Shown: piece by piece, positions 50,236 through 58,866 of the stretch | Numbering within the stretch: the stretch's first letter is position 1 | Layout: every line of letters starts with the position of its first letter | Assembly: GCA_937884995.1 (NCBI GenBank) | Contig: CAKZZL010000014.1 | Coordinates: forward strand, 39,250 to 103,249 | Origin: an uncultured Clostridia bacterium | GTDB taxonomy: Bacteria; Bacillota; Clostridia; Oscillospirales; Acutalibacteraceae | DNA: 64,000 nt | Direction: 5' to 3' | The notes under the pieces: model-generated | Database searches by the model: none | What the model was told of the DNA's origin: nothing | Seen by the model: only the letters and a program-made list of their open reading frames with translations | Made by a program: the position numbers and the translations under genes

Positions 50236-51133
50236 GCTTTTCATGAATGATCAGGAGCGTGCCGAAAACAGGCTCCCCAAGATCTATGACATCCCGCTTT
50301 CAGAGATCGATGACTTTCCGGATCATCCGTTTCAGGTCCGCCTGGACGAGGATATGGATCAGCTTGTCGAAAGCGTAAAGGAGCGTGGTATTATCACACC
50401 GATCACGCTCCGGAAGAAAAATGACGGCAGGTACGAAATCGTATCCGGACACAGAAGGCGTAAGGCCTGTGAGCTGGCAGGTCTTAAAAACATCCCGGCG
50501 GAGATCAAGGAACTGACGAGAGATGAAGCCATTATTCTCATGGTGGAATCAAATCTTCAGCGATCTGTGATCCTGCCAAGCGAGAAGGCTTTTTCGTACA
50601 AGATGAGGTTGGAAGCGATGAAGAGACAAGGACAGCGAACAGATCTAACTTCGTCGCCACTGGCGCCGAAGTCACCTGGCGGCAGATCCAACGAGGAACT
50701 TGGAGAACAAGTTGGCGAGAGCAAAGATCAGGTTCGTCGCTATATCCGCCTAACCTACCTCGTCCCTGAAATCCTTCAGATGGTAGATGACGGCAAGATC
50801 GCGCTGCGTCCTGCTGTAGAGCTTTCGTACCTGAACGACATCGAGCAAATGGATCTGGTGGAGGCGATGGATCTTGCTATGGCCACGCCGTCACATGCGC
50901 AGGCTATCAAGATGCGGAGCTTCTCCGGTGAAGGCAAACTCACGCCGGAAGTCATCGAGTCCATCATGTGCGAGGAAAAGCCGAACCAGAAGGAGAAAAT
51001 CAACATCCGCTACGAGGACGCCAAGCGGTATATCCCGTCCAGTGTCCCCTATGACAAAACAGGCGAATTCATACTGAAGGCGCTGGAGTACTATCACCGT
51101 CATCTGGAGCGGCAGAGAGACGACGCCAGATAA
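50189..51133 (+). CDS. ParB/Spo0J-like N-terminal domain protein
   Basis: 314 aa. ParB box region GIITPITLRKKNDGRYEIVSGHRRRKA and HTH-like EELGEQVGESKDQVRRYIRL. TTG start 9 nt after AGGAGG, overlapping the parA 3' end. Confidence 0.85.
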   Translation: MKERPKIDLGMTGYDELFMNDQERAENRLPKIYDIPLSEIDDFPDHPFQVRLDEDMDQLVESVKERGIITPITLRKKNDGRYEIVSGHRRRKACELAGLKNIPAEIKELTRDEAIILMVESNLQRSVILPSEKAFSYKMRLEAMKRQGQRTDLTSSPLAPKSPGGRSNEELGEQVGESKDQVRRYIRLTYLVPEILQMVDDGKIALRPAVELSYLNDIEQMDLVEAMDLAMATPSHAQAIKMRSFSGEGKLTPEVIESIMCEEKPNQKEKINIRYEDAKRYIPSSVPYDKTGEFILKALEYYHRHLERQRDDAR

Positions 51134-51283
51134 GTCCAAGACCATCTCCGGAAACGGCATCACCGCTTCCCCCCTCACACTCCCCCTATGTTTAACTTCC
51201 TGTTACTACCTGAAAGAACGAATCTTATACAATTGCTTCTTCAGTCAGTGATCCATACACTTGTGCCGAAGGAGGCTATAGCC

Positions 51284-52057
51284 ATGAAGAGAATACAGTT
51301 TATCGTTCTGCTGCTGATTCTTCTCATGCTGAACGGATGCGGAGCAGGTGCAGATATTCCTTTTTCAGGAAGCAATGCACCGCCGTCTGCGGCAGTTGAA
51401 GAGGATTCGGACAAGCTCAGCGCTGCAGCTGAGGCAGCTTTTCAGGAAGTCAGGGAGAACACCAAGGAGGATGACAGCAAAGCCCCGGAAACGGGTGCTG
51501 ACGAAAGGACTGTAACCGCTGAGAACAAGCAGCCGGATGACGGAAAGACTGATGCTGCAGGCATTTCTTCTCAGCCGGTGACAAACCAGAAAGATCCGGC
51601 ACCGAAAGGATCCCACAAGGATGAAGAATTTCAGGAAACACATGACGCTGAACAGGAGCCGGTAACCGAAAGCGAATCGGAAGAAGAGCCTGAGCAGGAA
51701 CAGCCGGTGGATCCGCCTCCGAAGGCGTCTGAGGACGAATCGGATCCTGCGTCTGAACCAGAATCGGAAAAGGAATCAAAGTCCGAGCCGGAAACAGATC
51801 CCGAACCGGCCTTTGACATCGGCAGTTGGATCAGCTACGCAAGAAATACGGCGACCGGCCTTGGGCTGGAGCTTGATTCTTCAGCCGTGGACTGCTGGGA
51901 CAACCCGATCACAGCAAATCCGGACTGCATCTACCTGGAACGGGACATCACCGCCAGGCTCAGCCGGTACGCCAGAGATGAAGATATCACGGCGGTCTGG
52001 ATCTGGTACGAAACGGTCGGAACGAACATGTATCTGATCTACATCGGATACGCATAA
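51284..52057 (+). CDS. lipoprotein with acidic Pro/Glu-rich linker, unknown function
   Basis: Start chosen at the ATG at 51284 (MKRIQFIVLLLILLMLNGCGAG...) with a lipobox L-N-G-C and GAAGGAGG upstream. It has a long E/P/D/S low-complexity stretch, then a roughly 85-aa C-terminal domain. Confidence 0.7.
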   Translation: MKRIQFIVLLLILLMLNGCGAGADIPFSGSNAPPSAAVEEDSDKLSAAAEAAFQEVRENTKEDDSKAPETGADERTVTAENKQPDDGKTDAAGISSQPVTNQKDPAPKGSHKDEEFQETHDAEQEPVTESESEEEPEQEQPVDPPPKASEDESDPASEPESEKESKSEPETDPEPAFDIGSWISYARNTATGLGLELDSSAVDCWDNPITANPDCIYLERDITARLSRYARDEDITAVWIWYETVGTNMYLIYIGYA

Positions 52058-52081
52058 AAACTGAATACAAATTTCGAAGAG

Positions 52082-52108
52082 AGCATCGCAGCTGTGCGGT
52101 GCTTTTTT
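52082..52108 (+). terminator. terminator/attenuator hairpin between the lipoprotein and adhesin genes
   Basis: Stem AGCATCGCA / TGCGGTGCT (one G.U pair) with loop GCTG, then TTTTTT. Confidence 0.5.
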
Positions 52109-52131
52109 CATGCCTTGAAGGAGGAAATTGA

Positions 52132-55100
52132 ATGAAAAAGATCCTAAAAAGAGGCATGTCGGGACTGCTTGCATTCCTGATGTGCTTTACCGCGCTCATG
52201 GGTATGGGCGCAAATGTTGCCTTCGCAGCCTCGCAGACGGCAACGTCGTATATGGTCTCCTTTCCCAGAGACGGGGATGCCGTGCAGGTATATGACACGA
52301 ACACATGGGGACATACCGCAAAAAGCTATATGAACGGCTGGCATACCGGCTCTTCCATCTACACCACACTGCACAGTATGGATTCGTACAACGGGAAGAT
52401 CTGCTATTGCATCGAGCCAGGCATCGAACGGAATGTTGGCGATACCTACACGCGGTTCGATGAAAATTTCTGGGACAATTACCCCAGCAACCTGAACGGT
52501 ACGATCCAGCCGGATGACATCAAGCTGCTTCTGGGCCGAATCATGCAGTACGGCTATCAGGGCGACCTTTCGACGGCTTGGAGATCCCAGAACGCGGCTG
52601 ACGCGGATAAGATGGCGCATGCCATTGCCACACAGCTGCTTGTCTGGGAGACGATCGTAGGTGAAAGAGACGCTGATTTCAACCGTGTATCTACCGGAGG
52701 CAAGGATACGGTCAGATCCGTTATCAGCACCAACCATCCGTTGTACAGCAGGATTTTCGCCTACTACGACTCCATGGCGGCCAGCGTGCAGAGCCATACA
52801 AAACTTCCGAGCTTTATGGCAAAGAGCTCCGGCAAGGCGCAGGAGATCGAGCTTGAATGGAACGGAAGCGAGTACACCGCGACGCTGACGGATACAAACA
52901 ATGTGCTTTCAAAATTCAGCTTCACAGCCAACGTGACCGGGCTAAGCTTTACCGTCAGCGGAAACAAGCTGATCATTACGGCCGCAGCCGCGCCTTCCGA
53001 TACGGTTACGATCACCGCGACAAAGAACCAGAACCGCTCTGGCGTGATCGTCTGGAGCGACGGAAAGCATTTTTCCAGCGGCGTCCAGGATACCGTGACA
53101 TACTCCGCTACCGTAAGCGATCCTGTCAAGGCGTTCCTGAAGGCAAAGGTAAGCTACGGATCCGCCAGGATCGTCAAGACTTCCGAGGACGGTATTGTGG
53201 CCGGACTCACCTTCACCGTTGTCGGTGACGGCGTAAATCAGACCGTTACTACTGACGCGAACGGCGAGATCCTTGTCGAGAACCTCATGCCCGGTACCTA
53301 TACTGTGACCGAGCAGGGCTATGACAGATATGAACCACAGGAAACGCGCCGCGTGACTGTTGTAAGCGGTCAGACCTCCACAGTCTCCTTTAACAACGTC
53401 CTGAGACGCGGAAGCCTTAAGGTCACAAAAACCTCCGAGGACGGTCTCACCGAAGGCGTCAGGTTCCACCTTTACGGAACGTCTCTCAGTGGCCTTGCGG
53501 TCGATGAATACGCACTGACAGACGCATCCGGTGTTGCGGTCTTTGAGGATGTGCTTATCGGCTCCGGCTATACGCTGGAAGAAGTCGATACCGCAGTCAG
53601 GTATGTGATCCCTGACAGTCAGAGTGCAGCCGTCGAATGGAACAAGGTAACCGAAAAGAGCTTTTCCAACATCCTGAAGAAATTCTGCGTTACCGTTACC
53701 AAATCCGACAGCGCGACCGGCACGGCGCAGGGAGATGCTTCTCTGGCGGGAGCTGCTTACGGGATCTACAAAGACGGTCAGCTCATGGATGTCTATTATA
53801 CAGACGAAAACGGCCAGTTCACGACAGGCTATTATGTCTGCGGCAATGACTGGACCATCCGTGAGATCACGCCATCCGAAGGATATCTGCTTGATTCTGC
53901 AGTCTATTCAGTAGGCGCTGAGGCCGGGAGTTACAGCATCGAGCTCAATAACGCGCCTGCTGTTGATGTGACGGAGCGCGTCATAAAGGGCAATATTGCT
54001 GTTATCAAGCACACCGATGACGGCGAGACCCAGATCGAGACTCCTGAGGAAGGAGCATCCTTCCAGATCTATCTCAAAGCATCCGGCAGCTATGATGCGG
54101 CAAAAGATTCGGAAAAGGATATCCTGGTCTGTGATGAAAACGGATTTGCCCAGAGCAAGGACCTGCCTTACGGCATTTATACAGTCCATCAGGTATCCGG
54201 CTGGGAAGGCCGCGAGATGATGAAGGACTTTGATGTGTTCATCGCTCAGAACGGGCAGACTTACAGATATCTCATCAACAACGCAAACTTCAGATCCTAT
54301 ATCAAGATCTTCAAGGTTGACGCCGAGACCGGCAAAACCATTCCTTACGCAGGCGCAGGTTTTAAGATCTACCGTCCCGATGGGTCGCCGGTCACAATGA
54401 CCTTCACGTATCCGTCCGTTACCACAGTCGATACCTTCTTCACCAATGAAGAAGGCATGCTGATCACTCCGGAAAAGCTGGAGTACGGCAAGGGCTACAG
54501 CCTTGTCGAAGTCTCTGCGCCTTACGGGTACGTGCTGAGCAATGAGGCCGTATCCTTTGACGTGACCGAAGATAACTCCAGCGAGGAAAGCAGTGTCACC
54601 GTTGTGGAGGTCCGCTTCTCCAATATGCCTCAAAAGGGCGTAATCAGAGTCTCCAAGTCCGGCGAGGTGTTTTCGTCCGTCATCGAGACAAACGGTATCT
54701 GGCAGCCGGTCTATGAAGTGCAGGGACTTGAAGGCGCCGTGTACGAAATCGTTGCCGCTGAAGATATTTATACTCCCGATGGGACACTTCGCTGCAGCGC
54801 GGGCGATGTTGTTGATACGGTGACCACCGGCTCAGATGGCATTGCAGAAAGTGGCCTGCTTTACCTCGGCAAATACGAGGTCCGCGAGACTGAGGCTCCA
54901 TACGGCATGGTCATAAACGATGCGGTTTACTCCGCAGAGCTGGTCTACGCCGGACAGGAGATCGAAATCACGGATACGGCAGTCAGTTTCATGAATGACC
55001 GTCAGAAAGCCGAGATCAGTCTCACCAAGGTCCTTGAGCAGAACAAAGCCTTCAATATCGGCATGAACGATGAACTGTCTGCTGTTACTTTCGGATTCTA

Positions 55101-56346
55101 TGCCGCAGAGGATATCACTGCCTGCGACGGTTCCGTGATCCCTGAAAGCGGACTGATCGAAGTCATGTCGCTGGACAGCAACGGCAAAGCTGTGCTGAAT
55201 ACGGATCTTCCCTTCGGAAGCTACTACGTACAGGAACTCAGCACCGACTGCCACTATATCCTCTCGGATGAGAAATACCCCGTGATCTTTGGATATCTGG
55301 GGCAGGACATCAGTGTCGTGAGTCTGCTGGTAAAGGGAGAAAGCATCACCAACGACCTGATCTACGGTGAGGTCACCGGTCTGAAAAAGGATGACAACGG
55401 CACCGGACTTGCCGGAGCGAAGATCGGACTTTTCACCACAACCGGGACGCTGCCCGTCATGATAACCGTTTCCGATGAGGACGGCAGCTTCTGCTTCAGT
55501 TATATCCCTTACGGTGAATATGTCGTTCGAGAGATCGAGGCGCCTGAAGGTTATGTTCTGGACGGGACTCCGTACACCGTTCAGATCGATGAGGATGGTG
55601 CCGTGGTAGAGATCGAGCTCACAAATACCCGTATTCATGGCAATGTTCAGCTGACAAAGGTGGACAAGGATTATCCTGACCATCACCTGAGCGGCGCGGT
55701 CTTCGAGGTCTATTCCGGAGATACACTGCTCGGCACGATGGAAGAGCTGTCCGACGGCGTTTATGAAATGGACGGGCTCGAATACGGAGATTACACGCTG
55801 ACGGAAACCGTTGCGCCGGAAGGTTTCTACCTTGATACCAACACATACAGCTTCTCGATCAGAGAAGACGGCGTGACCGTCGTCGTAGAGAACGAGGCCG
55901 GAAAGGGATTTGTCAATAATGCCCAGACCGGAAGCATCCGTATTGAGAAGACTTCCGAGGACGGTGTGCTTGCAGGCTTCACCTTCCGAGTTACGGGTTC
56001 TGATATTACCGGGAACGCGTTCTCACAGGACTATGTGACGGATGAAAACGGAGAAATCAGGATCGACGGGCTCAGGGTCGGCGACTATGTGATCTCCGAG
56101 GTCTCGAACGAGGCTAATGAGCGCTATATCCTGCCGCCTGATGTGACGGTGACCGTACACGCTGAGAAAACTGTCGTTGCAAAGTTCAATAACGAGCTGA
56201 AACCTGTTACGGACATTCCGAAGACCGGCGACAGCACCAATATGACGCTGTGGGCAGCGCTTGCGGGAGTATCACTTCTTGGAGCCGCGACCGCAGCGTT
56301 CTTCACATTCAGAAAGAAAAAGGAGGGCGGCAAGCATGAACGCTAA
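52132..56346 (+). CDS. cell-wall-anchored adhesin: N-terminal thioester (TED-like) domain, about 9-10 CnaB/SpaA-type Ig-like repeats and an IPKTG sorting signal
   Basis: 1404 aa with a signal peptide ending VAFA. YCIE (Cys93, nt 52408-52410) and TQLLVW (Gln168, nt 52633-52635) fit the thioester-domain Cys and Gln motifs. Modules of the type G.l.vtKtSEDG...G..F are repeated. IPKTG lies at nt 56215-56229, followed by a TM segment and RKKKEGGKHER. Confidence 0.9.
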   Translation: MKKILKRGMSGLLAFLMCFTALMGMGANVAFAASQTATSYMVSFPRDGDAVQVYDTNTWGHTAKSYMNGWHTGSSIYTTLHSMDSYNGKICYCIEPGIERNVGDTYTRFDENFWDNYPSNLNGTIQPDDIKLLLGRIMQYGYQGDLSTAWRSQNAADADKMAHAIATQLLVWETIVGERDADFNRVSTGGKDTVRSVISTNHPLYSRIFAYYDSMAASVQSHTKLPSFMAKSSGKAQEIELEWNGSEYTATLTDTNNVLSKFSFTANVTGLSFTVSGNKLIITAAAAPSDTVTITATKNQNRSGVIVWSDGKHFSSGVQDTVTYSATVSDPVKAFLKAKVSYGSARIVKTSEDGIVAGLTFTVVGDGVNQTVTTDANGEILVENLMPGTYTVTEQGYDRYEPQETRRVTVVSGQTSTVSFNNVLRRGSLKVTKTSEDGLTEGVRFHLYGTSLSGLAVDEYALTDASGVAVFEDVLIGSGYTLEEVDTAVRYVIPDSQSAAVEWNKVTEKSFSNILKKFCVTVTKSDSATGTAQGDASLAGAAYGIYKDGQLMDVYYTDENGQFTTGYYVCGNDWTIREITPSEGYLLDSAVYSVGAEAGSYSIELNNAPAVDVTERVIKGNIAVIKHTDDGETQIETPEEGASFQIYLKASGSYDAAKDSEKDILVCDENGFAQSKDLPYGIYTVHQVSGWEGREMMKDFDVFIAQNGQTYRYLINNANFRSYIKIFKVDAETGKTIPYAGAGFKIYRPDGSPVTMTFTYPSVTTVDTFFTNEEGMLITPEKLEYGKGYSLVEVSAPYGYVLSNEAVSFDVTEDNSSEESSVTVVEVRFSNMPQKGVIRVSKSGEVFSSVIETNGIWQPVYEVQGLEGAVYEIVAAEDIYTPDGTLRCSAGDVVDTVTTGSDGIAESGLLYLGKYEVRETEAPYGMVINDAVYSAELVYAGQEIEITDTAVSFMNDRQKAEISLTKVLEQNKAFNIGMNDELSAVTFGFYAAEDITACDGSVIPESGLIEVMSLDSNGKAVLNTDLPFGSYYVQELSTDCHYILSDEKYPVIFGYLGQDISVVSLLVKGESITNDLIYGEVTGLKKDDNGTGLAGAKIGLFTTTGTLPVMITVSDEDGSFCFSYIPYGEYVVREIEAPEGYVLDGTPYTVQIDEDGAVVEIELTNTRIHGNVQLTKVDKDYPDHHLSGAVFEVYSGDTLLGTMEELSDGVYEMDGLEYGDYTLTETVAPEGFYLDTNTYSFSIREDGVTVVVENEAGKGFVNNAQTGSIRIEKTSEDGVLAGFTFRVTGSDITGNAFSQDYVTDENGEIRIDGLRVGDYVISEVSNEANERYILPPDVTVTVHAEKTVVAKFNNELKPVTDIPKTGDSTNMTLWAALAGVSLLGAATAAFFTFRKKKEGGKHER

Positions 56347-56428
56347 GATGATTATCGGGATCTGCCTGGTGGTGTTCATCATCGCGGGACTCATCTTCCT
56401 GAAGATCCGCGAAAAGAAAAACAAGTAA
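56336..56428 (+). CDS. possible 30-aa single-TM micropeptide overlapping the adhesin 3' end
   Basis: Below the track cutoff. ATG at 56336 lies 8 nt after AAGGAGGG. My translation is MNAKMIIGICLVVFIIAGLIFLKIREKKNK. A GC-rich hairpin (about 56442-56467) follows. Confidence 0.4.
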   Translation: MNAKMIIGICLVVFIIAGLIFLKIREKKNK

Positions 56429-56486
56429 GAATGAGGATACGGGCGGCATCATTAACGGTGCCGCCCGCACTGTTTGAGGAGGCAAT

Positions 56487-56732
56487 ATGTTTAACGACAG
56501 AGACTATGTTGAAAGCATAAAGCGCAGGTTTCCGGAAGGGACCCGTATCGTGCTTGACAGCATGGGAGACGACCCCCGTCCCATTGAATCCGGGACGAAA
56601 GGGACCGTGATCCATGTGGATGATATCGGAACCGTACACTGCGCCTTTGATAACGGAAGGCAGTTGGGTCTGGTTCCCGGCGAGGATTCTTTTCACAGGA
56701 TCGCACCTAAGGACAGAGGTGACGCCAGATGA
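56487..56732 (+). CDS. small conserved ICE protein (DUF4314-like)
   Basis: 81 aa with RBS GAGGAGG upstream. The sequence ...GTKGTVIHVDDIGTVHCAFDNGRQLGLVPGEDSF recalls the DUF4314 family seen in Firmicutes conjugative elements. Assignment from memory. Confidence 0.65.
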   Translation: MFNDRDYVESIKRRFPEGTRIVLDSMGDDPRPIESGTKGTVIHVDDIGTVHCAFDNGRQLGLVPGEDSFHRIAPKDRGDAR

Positions 56733-56911
56733 AATATCTTGTGGACATCAAGGATACCAGTTATGCGACCGTCGAGGTTGAGGCCAATTCCAAGGAACAG
56801 GCCGAGGAGATCGCGTACGGCAGGTACTATGAGGGAACCGTCGAATGGCGGGACTGCGATATTGAAGTTGAGGCAAGAAAATCCGAAAGAAATCGAGGTG
56901 AAAGAGTATGA
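56729..56911 (+). CDS. hypothetical small protein (60 aa)
   Basis: ATGA overlap with both the upstream and downstream genes, indicating translational coupling. No recognisable family. Confidence 0.5.
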   Translation: MKYLVDIKDTSYATVEVEANSKEQAEEIAYGRYYEGTVEWRDCDIEVEARKSERNRGERV

Positions 56912-57339
56912 TCGATACTTGTGTTATGTGCGGCAACTATGTGCCTGAAGGCAGAATGGTATGTCCGATTTGTGAGAACTACAGCGCCAAACCGCACGCA
57001 AAAGACAAAAAGAGCGCTATTCTCGACTGCCTGAAAAGGCATCATACCGGAAAGAGAAATGCCGTTCACAGCGCGGAGCTGGAACAGCTGTTTTCGCTGG
57101 ATGACAGAGCGGTAAGACGTAAGATCAGCGCCCTTCGCAAGGAAGGTTATCCGATCTGCAGCGGAGATATGGGTTATTACTACGCTGAGAATCAGAAGGA
57201 GATCAATTCTACTGTTGGAAGACTGAACGATCTGATGACAGGCGTTTCGGATGCGAGGACCGGCCTCATGTTTGCAAAGTTTCCTGAACCGGTCATGACG
57301 GTCCGTATCACTGTCCGGATGAACGGCGGTGAGCTGTAA
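56908..57339 (+). CDS. zinc-ribbon plus winged-helix-like DNA-binding protein
   Basis: 143 aa. N-terminal CVMCGN...CPIC, then an HTH_11/wHTH-like segment (SAELEQLFSLDDRAVRRKISALRKEGYPICSG..GYYY). Confidence 0.55.
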   Translation: MIDTCVMCGNYVPEGRMVCPICENYSAKPHAKDKKSAILDCLKRHHTGKRNAVHSAELEQLFSLDDRAVRRKISALRKEGYPICSGDMGYYYAENQKEINSTVGRLNDLMTGVSDARTGLMFAKFPEPVMTVRITVRMNGGEL

Positions 57340-57731
57340 TGCCTGAATTCCTGCAGCTTGAGGATTGGGGCAGCATCCATAACATCTGTATTGAAATCGG
57401 ACGCTACTCTTACGGCAACGGTCTCTTTATCGGGCTTTATGAGGCTAATGAAAACAATGGACTGGAACCGTATGCGGATCTTACGGTAAATCTGCCGGGC
57501 TTCGGGACAGATAAGTACTGCGCATTTGTGGACACCAACAACTTGCCCGAGTCCGAACGGCTTATCTCCGATTACGGTCTGGGAAAAAGGACCGGAAGAG
57601 TTGCCCGCAGCGGATTCTGTCTGTATTCGGAATATGAGTTCGATCCGGCTGCGCTTGAAAAGTATTGCCTGAACCCTGAAGCGCTGAAGGAACCGGTTCT
57701 GAGTCACAAGGAAAGGAACGACGCGAGATGA
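57339..57731 (+). CDS. small conserved ICE protein (DUF4313-like)
   Basis: 130 aa. TAATG overlap with the upstream gene. Family assignment from memory. Confidence 0.6.
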   Translation: MPEFLQLEDWGSIHNICIEIGRYSYGNGLFIGLYEANENNGLEPYADLTVNLPGFGTDKYCAFVDTNNLPESERLISDYGLGKRTGRVARSGFCLYSEYEFDPAALEKYCLNPEALKEPVLSHKERNDAR

Positions 57732-57814
57732 AGAAGGAAATCATTTTTATTGATGAAGATACCCTTACTCCAGAGGAATGGGAGGTGATCGACGATGAGC
57801 AGGCCGATGAATAA
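57728..57814 (+). CDS. possible 28-aa acidic micropeptide
   Basis: Below the track cutoff. ATGA overlap with the upstream stop. My translation is MKKEIIFIDEDTLTPEEWEVIDDEQADE. It overlaps the ardC start by 20 nt. Weak call. Confidence 0.25.
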   Translation: MKKEIIFIDEDTLTPEEWEVIDDEQADE

Positions 57815-58802
57815 AGAGGAATATCGCGCGGAGCTTGCCAACGCCTTCGCGGGCATTCTGGAAGAAAAGGGGCTTGAATGGCGAAAAGAATGGCGCGGCG
57901 TCGGCGGCAGCGCTCCACACAACGGGATCACCAAAGCCAATTACAGAGGCTGCAACGCTTTCTGGCTTTCCCTGGTCTCTATGATGAAGGGCTATGATGA
58001 TCCACGCTGGGTGACTATGATCCAGATCATGGACAATGACGGCAAATACCATCCGAATGAAAAGTGGCATCTGAAGAAGGGCTCCAAGGCCACCTATGTG
58101 GAGTACTGGTATCCCTACGACAACGCTGAAAAGAAGGCTCTCACCTGGGAACAGTACCGTCAGGAGCTGGCGGACGGGAGAAGCGAAAAGGAATTCACGC
58201 TCTCCACCCGTTATACGGCTGTTTTCAACGCCAATGACATCGAAGGTATGCCGGAGATCGAGATCACTGACAATCCTGATGTCTCTCAGGATGACCTGAT
58301 CAGGAAGCTCTCTGAGGGTATGGGCGTGGAGATCCTGACGGACGGCGGCGACCAGGCTTATTACTCCCCGACGCAGGACAAGATCCATCTGCCTGCGCCG
58401 GGATCTTTTGAGAACGAATACGCCTTCAACGCCACAGCGCTCCATGAGCTCTCCCACAGTACCGGACATCCTGCAAGACTGAATCGCCCTCAGGGTGCGT
58501 TCTTCGGAACCGAACAGTACGCCTACGAGGAACTGGTGGCTGAGATGTGCTCCTGCTTTATGGGTGCGGAGCTTCAGACAGAAGCAACCCCGCAGCACAT
58601 CGATAATCACAAGGCCTATGTTCAGTCCTGGATCCAGGCGATCCGTGAGAAACCGGAAACGCTGGTCAAAGCCATCAAGGATGCTCAGGCAGCCGCCAAC
58701 TATATGGACTACAAGGCCGGACTCATTACCGACAAGGAGTATGAAAAGGCCTGCGGCTCGGTTATGGAGGTAAAGGTCAGACAGCGGGAGATGGAACGGT
58801 AA
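57795..58802 (+). CDS. ardC: ArdC-family antirestriction protein (N-terminal ssDNA-binding DUF1738-type domain plus zincin metalloprotease domain)
   Basis: 335 aa with RBS GGGAGGTGA upstream. N-terminal YRGCNAFWL...W.T..Q and C-terminal HELSHSTGH...YAYEELVAEM match the ArdC architecture. Confidence 0.85.
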   Translation: MSRPMNKEEYRAELANAFAGILEEKGLEWRKEWRGVGGSAPHNGITKANYRGCNAFWLSLVSMMKGYDDPRWVTMIQIMDNDGKYHPNEKWHLKKGSKATYVEYWYPYDNAEKKALTWEQYRQELADGRSEKEFTLSTRYTAVFNANDIEGMPEIEITDNPDVSQDDLIRKLSEGMGVEILTDGGDQAYYSPTQDKIHLPAPGSFENEYAFNATALHELSHSTGHPARLNRPQGAFFGTEQYAYEELVAEMCSCFMGAELQTEATPQHIDNHKAYVQSWIQAIREKPETLVKAIKDAQAAANYMDYKAGLITDKEYEKACGSVMEVKVRQREMER

Positions 58803-58866
58803 AATCGCACATTTGCAGCACCTGTCTTGTTTCTGTAGGATGAAGAAAAAAGGCCAGGTGAAAGCA

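Noticed and set aside
52144-55686. Several long minus-strand ORFs (52144..52797, 52942..53469, 53908..54633, 54832..55686) inside the adhesin gene
   Set aside because: They are antisense shadows of a 4.2-kb GC-rich gene whose plus-strand product has a signal peptide, repeated CnaB-like modules and a sorting signal. The antisense products have no recognisable features.
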